This document shows, one piece after another, positions 1 through 14,200 of a stretch of 64,000 nt of DNA. Source of the stretch: Leucoraja ocellata (Eukaryota); contig JAWMAR010000780.1 in assembly GCA_036785375.1 (NCBI GenBank), positions 496,001 through 560,000 on the forward strand, in the 5' to 3' direction. The notes beneath the pieces were generated by a model. It was not told the DNA's origin, did no database searches, and saw only the letters and a program-made list of their open reading frames with translations. The translations under genes and the position numbers were made by a program. Positions within the stretch are counted from its first letter, which is position 1. Each line of letters begins with the position of its first letter.

Positions 1-338
1 GCCAACATCATCAAAGATCCACATCATCCTGGCCCCACACTTATCTTTCCGTTGCCATCGGGAAGAAGGTACAGGAGCTTGAAATCTGGAACATCCAGGT
101 TCAGGAACAGCTTCTTCCCCACAGCCATTAAACTCGCCATCAAACTCTGAACAATAACAGCCATTGCACTTTAACTGTTTATTTATTGTGTATATATATG
201 GTCTATGGTATATAGACACACTGAACTTTTATCTCCTTTCTGCATTATGTTTACATATTCTGTTGTGCTGCAGCAAGCAAGAATTTAATTGTCCTATCTG
301 GGACATATGACAATAAACACTCTTGACTTGACTTGATT
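1..338 (+). mobile_element. Rex1/Babar-like LINE 3' end
   Basis: ..ggaagaaggtacaggagc..ttcaggaacagcttcttcccc.. followed by caataaa and a (ttgac)n tail; the same tail family recurs across the window. Confidence 0.6.
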
Positions 339-2279
339 TGTGCTTGGCTGCCAGGCCTCCCAGTGACATGTAGTTAGATGAGAACTGTAGACTGACAACT
401 CCAAGGGGTGGAATGTAACGTAGGGGTTAAAACTCTTTTCAACTAAAATTGAGTTGTCTGTTAACAGTCGTCATATCAGGCAAATAGGCTCGCTTGGGAA
501 GACAAATATATCGCAAGGCTTGGGACCGTGAAGCTGCAAGAACATGCAGTAATTAGATAAGATAATCTTGTTCTTACCAGAGACAAGCAAGATCAGCTCA
601 GTGCCAAATATAATGAACAACGCATGATTTCACTGTTGGGGAGGATAGCTAGTTTTAAAATGTAACTGACCATTGTTTGGAGATTAGGAAAGGTGCACAG
701 ATGATACAAGTGCATGCTGTGAGAAACCAGAATCCGTAACGGTGCCAGGACCACTGAGTACTAACAGCTGACGCTCATGTCTGGAGTCCATGGTGGCCGT
801 GAGACCTGTTTTATTGGTGTTTTAATAAATGTGTTATTTTAAACTTTATATTCTTTTCTTCATCGTTGATCCAAATCCTCAAAACTTGCTTACACTGTTA
901 CACTATCCTGGACAACGCAGCCCAAAATATTTAACTCAAAATATTTATCCACTCACAAAAGGTAGGTACAGTATGTGCCAACTGCGAAATACACCGCAAC
1001 TGCATGCCCAGGCATCAATGATGGGCAATTCCACAATCCACTCTACTCCCATCAAGAATTTCAGGGGAACCAGTACCCGTAGAACATCACCCTGGCTGGG
1101 AAATATACTGCCTATCCTTCATTCTGGCTGAGTCTAATTCTTGAATTCCCTCCACTTTCAGTATTGTGGGCACACTTTGGCCAGATGGACTGCAATAATT
1201 TAAGATGGGAGTCACCTTCTTCAACATAACAATTTTGGATGGGCAATAATTGCTGGCCTTGAAAGTGACACCCACAGCCTGAGTAGGGAGTTAAAAACTG
1301 CAAGGGGGGGGGGGGGGGGGGGGGGGGGGAAGACACCAGGTTGTTACCTTCTAGACCTTTGTTGGCCATAAACACAGGACAGCTCTGTGGATGTGATGGA
1401 ATTGTTTTAAAAAGTGTAAAAGACCAAATGAGCAACAGGCCAGGCAACAGTGCACTGATGAATGGCAGATGTTGGAATATTCTGAAGCAAACCATACATG
1501 ACCATTTAAGGAAGCGCAGAGTGATCAAAGACATCAGTTGGGGGAAGTTTTAATGATTTCAGGGTGTTACACAGTGGTGTGTCTGGATCCCAGGACTGGG
1601 ATCCTGGCTTCTTATTGGATCTATAAGTGGTTTGAACTTCATATTGTGACAGTGATGAACAAGTTTGGAGATGATGCTACAGAAAATGTGAGAAAGGAAT
1701 GCTGTCCAGAGAAGTGTTGTTTGTGGCGAGAGCAATACAGGTCAAGGAATCAATAATAAAGATAGGATATTTCCTTTGTCCTCTCCATCCCTCCTATCCC
1801 CTCCCTGTAACTTGTACACCAGCAAATGTGGATATATGGTGGTTCTGCTGCGGAAACAGTAGCAGAACAGATACTCAAGGCTTAAAACCTAAGCTGCACG
1901 TACAGGAGATTGGATATAGAAGCAGAAAATTCAGGAAAATTCAGCAGGTCAGCCAGCGTCTGTGGAGAGAGAGACAGTTAATGTCCAAGACCCATCATCA
2001 ACACTGGGGAAAAAGGGAATACAAGCTCATTTCAAATTGCAGGGAGGGGATAGGAGGGATGGAAAAAACAAATTAAATATATGTGGCCAGGGTTGCTGTG
2101 GGTTAGGCTGAGGATGACCTGATTGACAGGTGAATGGAGGTGATCAGAGAGAGACAGAGCATGAACAGGGAACATCATCAAGTTTGATGTCATTTGCACA
2201 GTTTTCCTTGTTCAGCCCGATTGTGGCTGGTGAGACCGGCCCTCGAGCCGCACACTCAGGGTTAGTAGGGGAATGGGAG

Positions 2280-2720
2280 GGTCAAGTCGAGTTTACTGTG
2301 TGATATGCACAAGTAGGTTGAGGTACAGGTACAATGAAAATCTTGCTTGCAACAGCATCGCGGGCACAGACTCACACGCCACCTACAAAAACACAAATTA
2401 TGCAGAAATAATACAAATCAGTGAAGAGAAAAAGATTGCAAAAACAAGTCATAGTCGTGCAAAAAGTGGCAATAGTATTCTGTTGCCGAGGTAGCATTTG
2501 GGTTGTACAGGTCGATTCAAGAACCTGATGATTGTATGGAAGTAGCTGTTCCTGAACCTGGTGGTATGGAATTCAGGCTTCTGTTTTGCCTGTCCAATGG
2601 TAGTAACAAGAGGGTATGGCCTGCATAGTGGGAATCCTTGATGATAGATGCCACTTTCTTGAGGCAGTTTTGTGCAAATGCCTTTGATTGTGGGGAGGGC
2701 TCAGTCCACCACTCTCTGCA
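2280..2720 (-). mobile_element. Rex1/Babar-like LINE 3' fragment
   Basis: Reverse complement of the family at 1-338 (gaagtagctgttcctgaacctgg). Confidence 0.5.
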
Positions 2721-3317
2721 ACCTCCAGACCAAACGAAGGTCCCAGAATAACCACAAGGACATCCATTGATTGAGCATAAGGGGCTGCAAACTGAAATTT
2801 AGCCATATCATTGGTAACAGCATATCCCACCCTGACAAGCTCAATGCATCTACCTTCAGTTTGAACAGAAGCTCAGTGGAATGACAACACCTGACAACAC
2901 TGATTCAAAAACAGCTTCTTCCCTGATGTTATTAAATAGACCTCTCTATACTTTGTATACCTGATCTTCCAATAAATCTCGGTGCAGCTCTTCCTTTTAA
3001 AAACATTGCATTTGTCTTTAGCCGTATCACTATATTCTGCATGCAGTTTATTTTCTCTCTTGCACTACCTGTTGCACTCAGGTATGGTATGATTTGCCTG
3101 GCTGGCTTTTCATTATTTCAGTATACTTGACAATAAGAACCGGTGCAGCTGAAAGGCTCTGTTGTAAAAGAACAAAATATCCCAATAAACAACCCCCACC
3201 TATTTAACAGGTTTGGAAGAATGTACCTTCTGAACCTTGTAGTCGGCAGGGCAGTACCTGTACTCTGCATATTGCCAACTTGGGCAATTTTATATATATT
3301 TTATCAAGCCAATTAAA

Positions 3318-3506
3318 CAAGCCAATTACCCTACAAACCTGTACGTCTTTGGCGTGTGGGAGGAAACCGAAGAGCTCGGAGAAAATCCACGCAGATCACG
3401 GGGAGAACGTACAAACTCCGTACAGACAGCACCCGTAGTCGGGATCGAACCCGGGTCTCTGGCGCTGCATTTTGTTGTAAGGCAGCAACTTTACCGCTGT
3501 GCCACA
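3318..3506 (-). mobile_element. tRNA-derived V-SINE (HE1-like)
   Basis: Minus strand has A-box tggcacagcgg and B-box ggttcgatccc, followed by the V-domain-like ctgtctgtacggagtttgtacgttctccccgtga. Confidence 0.75.
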
Positions 3507-5114
3507 ATGACCGTGAATGCTGGCTCCATACATTTTCCAAGACAAGATAGGGCCACAGACTGCAGTTTCTTAAAAGAATTAACTGCTTTCGCAATGCACA
3601 ATGACAGGAGAGATCTACATAATAATTAGAAGCTTGTTGACAAATAACCTGGAGAGATGCGGCATTGACTGAGTGGTTGTGTCAAAGAATATTTTTCATA
3701 TAAAATACTAACCAGTCTTATCTCAGGTCTTATTTCCGAACAATCAGACCACAGATTATCAGTTTTATTGAATCTGGAAGGATTTCCTGCGAATGCTGGC
3801 GTAATTACAAAGGGACTAATTACTGCAGGGATTGTGGGGAGTGGTGAGTCACCCAGCTGGAACCGATGAACTGGGATCAGATCCGATGAGCCTGTGAAGG
3901 TTCCATCAATAAAATCAGAAAACACTAGAAATATTGATGCATAATTTATGTTTTTGTGTTTTGTCCGAGTCTATGTACCTGTGAGGCTGCTGCAAGCAAG
4001 ATTTGCATTGTACCTGTACTCACTAGACTTCTCCATTGGACAATAAACTTGACCATACCACAGCTGTTTAGGAGAAGTGGCAGAGGGAGAGGAGCCTGCA
4101 GTGGAATTAAATATTTACAACTTCTTTAAAACATTTTATTAACAGTGGAAGTAACTTCCCTGTTGTACTAAAATCCAATCAATTGCATTGGATTGTCCAA
4201 CTGGTTCAGTTGGTTAAAGCTGCCAACAATTGAAACCAAAACTTAAAAATGAAACAAGCTGAGAACATTACAATTTATTAGTTAGGAGACAGACGTGACA
4301 ATGAGCAGGGAGCATAAAGCAGTGAATCGTTTAGTCCAAAGTGAAACCTCTGCATCCGTTCTCCCTGACACTGAAAGGTCACCTTCCTCATATCGACAAG
4401 CATCTAATACCTGAGCTCACAAACCTGCATTATAACTAATCGCCAAGCACATTATTTAAATTTGGAACGGTGCTTCATGATGGGGCAAAATCTCCAAACA
4501 AAACCCAGCCCCTTACTCACAAAGTTTAATTACTGCTTTAAATATTTTCATCCAGCTTGGGATTCTGCAAGGCCCAATCAATATCCCGGAAGATGGTGAT
4601 GGTGATGCAGCAGCCTTGTTCGTCATCTTACAACTTAGAACTAACATAATATAACAAATTTAGTCTGGCTTTCCTCGACTATATGTCCTATTTTGACCGT
4701 GACAAGCAATGGTCTACTGCAGAGAGCTCAGTCAGGGAAGTGTTCACAGGATTCCAGTCCTCACAACAAATGAACCTGGAAGAATCCCTGAGCAATGTTC
4801 TGTTTCAGGGCAATGCTAGCCATGCAATACCAGTACAAGACCTCACTCCTACAGTGGAACCTGGATTTCGAGCCCTGGTTAAAACATCGTAGCTTTGTAG
4901 CCACAACTGGCAGCTCCGGTGAAAATCTCCTATAGACACACATTCTTAAAAAGTGCGTTTCAATTTCCAGTAGTTTGTACTGAGTTAATCACGGTGGATA
5001 AACCGAAGGTTAGTATTCATAGCACTCTGCTCCGAACCATCACGGATTGTGATGTCTTCCAATGGCAGAGATTCCATCGTCCATGTTCAATCTTGCAGCT
5101 GTGACACTGGCTGC

Positions 5115-5234
5115 CTAGACGAGCTTGGCAGGTTTGGCAATCAGCTGCCGCTCACGCTCAAGTTCCTTCTCCCGCCGCTGCTCATGTTCCAGCTCATCCT
5201 TCCGTCTCTGCTGCTGAAGTTTTAAAGCTCGTTT
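5115..5234 (-). CDS. BLOC1S6: BLOC1S6 last coding exon
   Basis: ttgcag|; encodes the coiled-coil KRALKLQQQRRKDELEHEQ...PAKLV*; minus-strand AATAAA candidates at 4274-4279 and 4135-4140. Confidence 0.95.
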   Translation of the reverse strand, partial: KRALKLQQQRRKDELEHEQRREKELERERQLIAKPAKLV

Positions 5235-8200
5235 CTGCAAACAAAGGAGAAACCACGCAAATGCTGAACCTGATCCATCAAGACCCAGAAGACGATTCCC
5301 CATGGACGGGGAGTTGGAGCCGACATGAAAAGGCAGAATCAAGCACAGCACAAAGCTCCAAAACACAATTTAAAGGCTGCAGAGACACTCTGCTTGGGCA
5401 ACACAGAGAGAGAGAGCCAGGCGCAAAATGAAGCCATTCATAAGTCCAATAAGAACCGAGAAGTTGCAAAAGTTAATAAAGTGCTGCAAATTGATCAATA
5501 TAAATGACATAATGGCCAAAGTTCATAATATTCAGAATACAACTTGAAGAAGGATTCTAACCAACTAAGGGGGAAGCAGCACCTGTGATAACTGGAACTC
5601 ACCAACTGTGCTCAGTCAGTTACTTCCAAGTATTTGGAATAGAAAAATTGTAGCAACCAGTGATCTTTTCATTTGATCTTGCATCTGGCCACCAGTTTTG
5701 AACATCCCAAACCTTTCTGCTCCTCCACAGCTTTTAGCTTCTCGTAATTTAAAACTTTCCCAACACTGAGCACCGCACTGGCTGCAGTGGCTCACCACCT
5801 ACTCTTAAAGTCAGGGAGGGATGGCAATAAAAGCCAGTATTGCCAGCAACAACCACAACATGCAAGAGAGTAAAAAAACAATAAAAGTACCGAATGATGG
5901 AAGGAGTGAGCAACAAACTGTACTGTCAATGGAAATAACACAAGTGTGGCGTCAGCTGATACACAGACAACTTATGGTCGAACCCTCGTCAGTAGCTACA
6001 AAGGCCGTCATGTGACGTCAGGGGCTAAGGGGAGTGTCCTGCTACAGAAGCATAACTCACCTTGAGATCACCCGGGTCAACAGGTAGCTGAGCTTGAGAC
6101 AACACCCTCGCTCAGCTACAGCAGCAATGGCAATTATGTTAGTGGACCAAACTTACATGTAACACTTGAAGAAAGCAACTGTTTATTCACCACGTCTGGT
6201 GCTGCTACACAAGGTTTAAAATGTCTCAAATCATTCACCAGGACTCAGTGCATGGAGTTACCATGGATTAGCAAAGGGCTCAGTGAATGCCAAGGACAGG
6301 GGCTGCCTGAGAGATTAGCTTCCTCCACAACCTCCAGGTCTAAAACTGGAAAATCACTCATCATTACAAGTGTTCTCCATCAAGACCTGACGCCAAGTTC
6401 ACCCTGACACTATCAACCTATCAACAGAAAATCTCCCTTCAGAGTTGCTTGGATGCTCAGTGCCAGCAGAATGTGTACAACAGTGAGCTAAAAAAATCTA
6501 AATAATTGACCCAAGACACCTAATGTGGAGGACTCTCAGAACAGACTTTGTCAGCACGCATACAACATGCCAAACAGTGTCCTCGAGCTGAAAATTTCAA
6601 TCTATGAAAAGTTAAATCCTGCAGATCTCGAAAGTATTATGGGTCCAGCTGCTGGAACCATTCAGCAAGTGAGGCAGCAAGAAAAACAGAATTAATGGTT
6701 CAGACGTGACTACAGGTCACAGACGTGCAATGAAGACCGTCAACCTAAACCATTAGCTCTGTTTCTCTGCCTTAGCAGTTGTGTTTTCGATGTTTCTGCT
6801 CCCATTGCTCCTGCCGCAAGCAAGCAAAGCACTGAGGAATACGAACTGTGTTTGGTTGCTGCAAGCATCACAATGACAACCAACTGAAATAGGACTGGGG
6901 ACAAGTAATGGAATGTGGCCATGGTGCCAGTGGAGATTCCATACTCAACCCAGCATCTGGGTTGAAAAACAATCAGCTGGAGTGGAAGCACTCAAATCCT
7001 CAGCCCATTCCAGCCCAGGAATGGGAATCACTGCTGGCAACAATTTTGGACAATAAGCTATAGATGATGCAGGGAAAGCAAAGTTATGCAAATTTCTTAG
7101 GATTCAGAATGACGCATATAAGGTACAGATTTGTCAGAGATGGCTCAGATACCCCAGTGAGGGTCATGGGGTCCATACCTTTAGTCTTGATGTCTTTTCA
7201 TGCAACGTGACCATTTCCCTGCGAATGTTCACCAGTTTATCGTGGTAACATTTGGCCTCTGTGAACTGCAGGAAAATAGTTTCATTTGTTGTTAGGTGTA
7301 CCGAAGTAGTGAATAGATGACATCATCACTGAGAAACATATCCATCTAATATTGTTAGCCATAGGCTGAGTTAAGAATGTGTACAAGTTAAAGAAGCCCT
7401 CCCACAACCAAGTGGAACTCTGATATGTCTGGAGAGTAGGCAGATGATTAGTGGGATAACATAGAGTGAACAGGTAATCAATGGTCGGCATGGACTCGGT
7501 GGCTTGAAGAGCCTGTTTCCATGCTGTATCTTAGAAACATAGAAACATAGAAATTAGGTGCAGGAGTAGGCCATTTGGCCCTTCGAGCCTGCACCGCCAT
7601 TCAATATGATCATGGCTGATCATCCAACTCAGTATCCCGTACCTGCCTTCTCTCTATACCCTCTGATCCCCTTAGCCACAAGGGCCACATCTAACTCCCT
7701 CTTAAATATAGCCAATGAACTGGCCTCGACTACCCTCTGTGGCAGAGAGTTCCAGAGATTCACCACTCTCTGTGTGAAAAAAGTTCTTCTCATCTCGGTT
7801 TTAAAGGATTTCCCCCTTATCCTTAAGCAGTGACCCCTGGTCCTGGACTTCCCCAACATTGGGAGCAATCTTCCTGCATCTAGCCTGTCCAACCCCTTAA
7901 GAATGTTGTAAGTTTCTATAAGATCCCCTCTCAATCTCCTAAATTCTAGAGAGTATAAACCAAGTCTATCCAGTCTTTCTTCATAAGACAGTCCTGACAT
8001 CCCAGGAATCAGTCTGGTGAACCTTCTCTGCACTACCTCTATGGCAATAATGTCCTTCCTCAGATTTGGAGACCAAAACTGTACGCAATACTCCAGGTGT
8101 GGTCTCACCAAGACCCTGTACAACTGCAGTAGAACCTCCCTGCTCCTATACTCAAATCCTTTTGCTATGAAATATCTTTCTGTGAACAGCAGCCAATGTC

Positions 8201-11200
8201 TCACCAGTTCACCACATTTCAATATCTATCATAACTGACCTGCTAACTGATGCAAGGTAAAACCATTAAAATATATAGGTGGTAACCTATTTTGCAGCAG
8301 GTTAATGAGGTAGTGCAGACAGGCTCTGCCTTATTCATTACCAGGAATACAAAAGCAACAACTAGCAGTGAGATACAAAAAAAGTTCTCTACTCTTGTCA
8401 TTCATTAATACCATGGTTATTCTTTACTTAAATATCACTTACCTACACTCTCTCCACAGATTTCTGGATATTAAGGGAATTCATTGTTATCCTTTTTGAA
8501 TAAACTCAATGACATCCTCTGTTGTATTGAATTGCAAAGATTCATCGCCTCCCAAGTGAAGAACTTTCTCCTATCTCAGTCCAATGTGGCCTCTCTGCCG
8601 CTCCGAGCTGTGACCCCAATCCTGAACTCTTCTGCTGTAGAAATAGTCCCCCTTGCATCTAGCCTTTCAAATAAATCATCTCAGATTCCTCCAAATTCAG
8701 AACCGAGTATTCAACTTTTCCTCACATGACAAACTCGCTTTCACTGGAACCAGTCTAGTGGACTTTCACCACATTCCCATCATGGCAAATCAATGCCTTT
8801 TTGTATTTTCTGTTCAAATGGCATCCAGTCCTTAATTATCAAATGTTACAAGAGTCACATTTCCTTGATCTGATTATATGCCAAGCAACAATCACAGCAT
8901 TGTTACTAAAATCAGTTGCCCCTCCCCACGATCATGTAAATCAGTAGCCTGCCTCCTAAAAATCAGCCCCCATCCCACCAAAGAGCTGGCAGCAGCACTT
9001 GGAGATGAAAGGCCTTTCCTTTGCTGAGAGAATGCGATTCTGATGCCAGTTGAAACCTTGTGCTGCCTTTTCATCCCTTAATCAGCCTGCATTTATCTAT
9101 TTATTTTTATTATTATTTATTTAATTCTTTATTTCGAGCGGAATAAAAGAATAAAAAGCAAGTGTGAAACAGCATACAAAAAACAAAAAAAAACAAAACA
9201 AGAATATTTATAAAGTGTCATAAACAATATTTATAAATAAATGAAATTGTATGTGTCCGAAAAGGAGCAGGAAGAAGCCAAAGCTTATTAATTCCCACCC
9301 CTTATTTAACTGCTTATAATTATCTTAAACAAATTTAGCAGCTATAATTTAGCAGCATTAAAATTGTACTTACTAGTGCATTAATATCCAGCACCAAATG
9401 ACACTCGCGGAATTTAGCAATCTGTTGCTCCAGGGTGTCCAATAATACCACCTGATTCTGTCTAGAACAGATAAAATACAAAGAGTTTTAAAAAGTGACC
9501 AAGTTCATCGCTATTCTCAGCTCCATTTCATACAACATGCATCGATTTCCACCGAAAAAATATGTTCCTCCTAGGATTTTCAGAGAAACAGACTGGAACA
9601 CTGACACTCAGCTACAGCAAGGCTCAACATCACAGCAAGTCATTCACAATCACCTGCATACAGTCAGACCCACTTGCCTTCCCTCCATGTTCCCCCGTGA
9701 CACATACTCTCGACCCCTAAATTACCCCAGCTATGACCCTCTTGCAGTCTGTTCTAGGTTTAATGAACTGTTAGATTTTCTCTGCAGTGAGTCTGCTTCC
9801 CTTTATTCCAATTGCTAATATCAAACATCATACTTTATTTCTAATCTTTTATAGTATTTGCAGGTTTACACCACATCATTACTCAGTCACATCACATCTT
9901 TGCAATTCCCTTATTCTTCGCTTTAACTTCTCTGATGGATGAGATTGGTGCACCTTTGAGCTGACTATATAAAGTCCCCCGACACTTTCATTATACAGGT
10001 ACTTGCAATCTTCCAATTTACATATTTGCCAGACGAGCATTGGTTCTATGTAGAAATGCTGAAGGTGACAAATTAAACATAATGCAGGCGATGCAAAGCT
10101 TGGTAGACAGGGCAGGAAAGCAGAATCCTTTTTAAAAGCTGGGAAACTGTAAACATGGGTTTAGAGTGCTGGGTGCTGGTGAACATTCAGGTCCAGCAAC
10201 AGGGAGAGATAAATGATGAACGATCTCTGCCACATGGGAGTGGAGTTAAAAAGTGAGAAGACTTCTAAGATTGTATAGAGTTTTGGGGAGCACCGTATGG
10301 TTTTCATCTCTGCACCCAAGGAAAGATGTACGTATTGTAATCAGAGTCGTGGAGAATCCCTGGATTATTTTCTGTAATACAGAGGCTGTACTATGAAAGA
10401 CTGACAAGTTTGGCCAATGGTCAGGGGAGTTAAGAAGGTTAAGAGCTGACCTCCGAGTTGCACAAGATTCTGAGAGGGATCTACTTATTATTGTTAGGTT
10501 TACCATGATACAGTGACAAGCTTTGATTGCATGATATCCCGTTAAATCAAATAATACACGAGTACAATCAAGCCGTACAACAAGTACAACAGGTCGTGCA
10601 AAGAGAAAAACACCAGAGTGCAGATTTAGTGATGCAGAATTGTAGCGTTAGTTACAGAGAAAAAAAAATCCAACGTCCACAATGGGTTTGGGAGATTGGG
10701 ACTAAACCCTAGTTCATGAGCAGATCAATCAGTAGTCTGATAACAGCAAGGAAGAAGCTGTTGTCGAATCTGGTGGTATGGGCCATCAAACCTATTTATC
10801 TTCCACCTAACGGGAGAAGGGAATAACCAGGGTGAAAATGGCTCTCTATTACGTTGGCTCCTTTCCCAAAGCAATGCAAGTGTATATGGAGTCCATGGTG
10901 GGGAGGCTGGTCTAAGTGATGGACTGGGCTACATCACAATTCTCTGCAATTTCTTATATTTTTTGGCAGTTCCCAAGCCAAGCTATGATGCAACTCAATA
11001 ATATGCTTTCTAGAGTGCATGAGTAGAAGTTGGTACAAATTGTTTGAGACATGACAAACTTCTTTTGTCTCCTGAGGAGGAAATGGCGATGCTGCCATTT
11101 TTGGGTCATAGCTTTAATGTGGTTGGTCCAGGACAAATTGTGGGTGAAATTTACAACTAGGAACTTGAAGCTCTCGACCATTTCCGCAATGGCACCATTG

Positions 11201-14200
11201 ATGCTGATACTATACCTCACATCCTCAAGGCAATATCTAGCTCCTTCTTATCGATATTCAGGAGAGGTTTCTGCATCATCAAGCTGTGGAGCACCAAAGA
11301 TTGAGGTCATGGTAAGACTATTTTGGACTGAGATGAGAGGTTTCTTTATGCAGAGTATCTGTGGTACTTGAGCATGATTGAAACACCAAGAGAAAAAGAG
11401 GATGTGGACTCAATGGTTCCCATGAACAAATGGTGCTTCTTCTTAAGCTCCTGTCTGTGTGTAGCTGAGATAAATGCAGAAACTAACAGGGTGAGATCAG
11501 CTTTTGCCAAAGGCAGGCAAGAAGGTAAGTTGTGAAGTGGTCATAAGGAGATGGAAAGGGACACAGATCGGTGTTTTACAGCAAAATGTGTATTTGTCCA
11601 TATTGGCAGGAGGGAAAGCAGAATATGTGCATGATGCGAGACTGAGTCAGAGGGAGTTGGATGTCCTTGAATATAATTCACAAAAGCTTAGTGTACATAT
11701 TGATGCTAATCAGGAAGGTTAACAAGATTTTTTTTTTTTTAGGGCAATTGAACACAAAAGTTAGGGGGTATACTAAACATATAAGACATGGGTGAGATTG
11801 TATGTGGAGTACTGTGTATATATTGTCGTCCTTTTTTAAGGAAGGGCACAAATACATTGGAAGCAGATCAGAAGTTTACTAGATTGATAGCAAGAATCAG
11901 CAATTAATCTTAAGAGTAACGGTTGAACTTGCTAGGCTTGTATCTGCTGCAGCTTGGAAGAGTGGTCTTGATTGAAACATACATGACCCTGAGGGATCAA
12001 CAGGATGGATGTGGAATGTATGTTTCCTTTCGTAAAATAATCTAGAATCAGGTCACAATTTTAAAAGGGGATCAACCATTTAAGACAGAGGCAGCAATAT
12101 TTTATTTCCTCAGGTGGGTGATCTTGGGAACCCTCTCCTTCGAAGGATGAGGGAAGGGCAGCGTGAACATCACATTTCCTCATCTTATAAACCATTTTCC
12201 AGATATTTGCCCACACACGTCACCCATCTATCTTTGAACATTTTTAATGTAGCGGTAGACAAACATTTGATTAAAAGTAAGAGAACCATAAATGGACAGA
12301 AACATAGAGGTGAAGTTACAGTACGATCAGCTGTGACCTTATTAAATGGTGGGGCAGGCTCTTGGGCCTGGGCCTACTTCTGCATCTAACTTGTATGTTT
12401 GTCACTTGCTGAGTGAGGCTCAACACAATTGATATGGGGATGACATCTTTTGGGGATAGCTCGAGATTCTGAAACGTGGAGGACTAAAAAAGCCAAAAGG
12501 ACACTGAAAGCAAAGTCATAGTTTTTCCTTGGTACTTTTATCCATTTGTGGAGCCCGTGTAAATGGCAAATAACATTCCCACTGGAATTATCTGTATGGA
12601 AAAAACATCCAATGTAATTTTAATACTGATTTAGGCAAAAATCAATTAGTCATGCAACTTTATTCAGTTCTCATTATAGTTGATACTGGCAAGGTCAGCA
12701 TTTATTACTCATCTGCAAAACTGTACAAGTGACAAGCTACTGTCTTGAACCACTGCTGCGCCGTACAGGGAGATTTCTTCCACAGTGCAGTACTCAATGT
12801 GCTTTGGTCATTATCTGGTGGTTCTGCTTGTTTAATTCTCCTTTTGTTTTTGTCATAATGGGTTAGTGCAGCAGAACACTTGCCAGGCCAGGTTAGAGTG
12901 CACATGGGAAACATGTCAGAGCAGGCCCAAACCCAGAGAGGCAGGTTCCCTTCCCTCAACAACACTTGTGAAACGTACATTATTTTAAAATGTCAATTTG
13001 TTTGATCGTGATCACAAATAAAGACACTTTAGGTGTGGATTAGTTATTTCAATGAATTTAAATTCCCAGTAACCACAGTAAGAGCTGGCTCAGGGCCGGA
13101 ATCTTAAGCCCTCTGGATCACCGGTCCTGTGATTTAACCACCTTGCTTCTGTTCCCATCTACAATATTGATCTGATCAAACAGAATGAGAACTAATGGCA
13201 CATAAAAGCTGCAGAAAAGCAGAATATTTCAATTTGTCACCAGATTGTCTCTCAGCTTATTCCTCATAAAAAGTACACTTGCTAAGCAAATAGCAAAACA
13301 ATCAATAATTAATCAATACCCGAGCATAAATACTTTCATAGACATACGTCAGTTCCTGCAGGGCATTTTTCAATTGCTTTAGATCGGGGAGGTAGTGAGA
13401 TATTAATCCTTCTGTCAGCTTTTCCACTGTCTCCTGATTCACACACGATAACTCGCCAGAGCTCTCAAACTCTGTAATGCTTTCACTGAGACCTGAGACA
13501 CAGGAAGGAGCAGAGTGGGAAATGATTAACATCACGCAATCCTCACCCACCTTACAATTCAAGCAACAAGCAAATTTGTCAGCATAAGCCCTTTCGTGTT
13601 CAAAATTAAAATCTATTTCTCTTTGGTTAATTATTAAGCGCAGAACAGTGTGTGCATTGCAGCATTTACACTGCTGCCTGGTTACGTAGAGCTGGATTAG
13701 GGCACGAAGTATAAATGGCAAGAGGCTGCAGATTTGAGATGTGGAGGGTTTGGGTGCCCATGCGCCTGTTCCACAGAGGCAAGTACGCTGCACAGCAAGT
13801 CATTCAGAAAGTGTGCACCACGGACTCTGGAACAGCTTCTTCCCCTCTGTTATCAAACTTCTGAATGGTCCTTCCATAATCCAGAGTACTGCCCAATACA
13901 TCTCTACCCCATTGTGTACATTGGATTTTTGTCTCTGAAACTGATGCACTGCAATGCTGTGAACTATATTCTGTATTCTATATCTTCCCCTTTGCTCTAC
14001 CTATTGTACTCGAGTTTGACATGATTATATTTATGTATAGTATTATCTGATCTGATTGGATGGTGTGCAAAACAAAGCTTTTCACTGTACCTTGGTACAT
14101 GTGAGAATAATAAAGCATAATAATAATGTCATAAGAATCTTATTACCTCACATCAGTCTAGATTCAATTCCATCTGCCACTGCTCCACCCAATTTTTCAA

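Noticed and set aside
1303-1329. Long poly-G/poly-C runs (also near 24878, 25413, 28446, 37600, 42753, 55559)
   Set aside because: Simple homopolymers that may be length-unreliable in assemblies; no further evidence of function.
3440-3506. tRNA gene (A/B boxes)
   Set aside because: It is the tRNA-derived head of a V-SINE, continuous with the SINE body.
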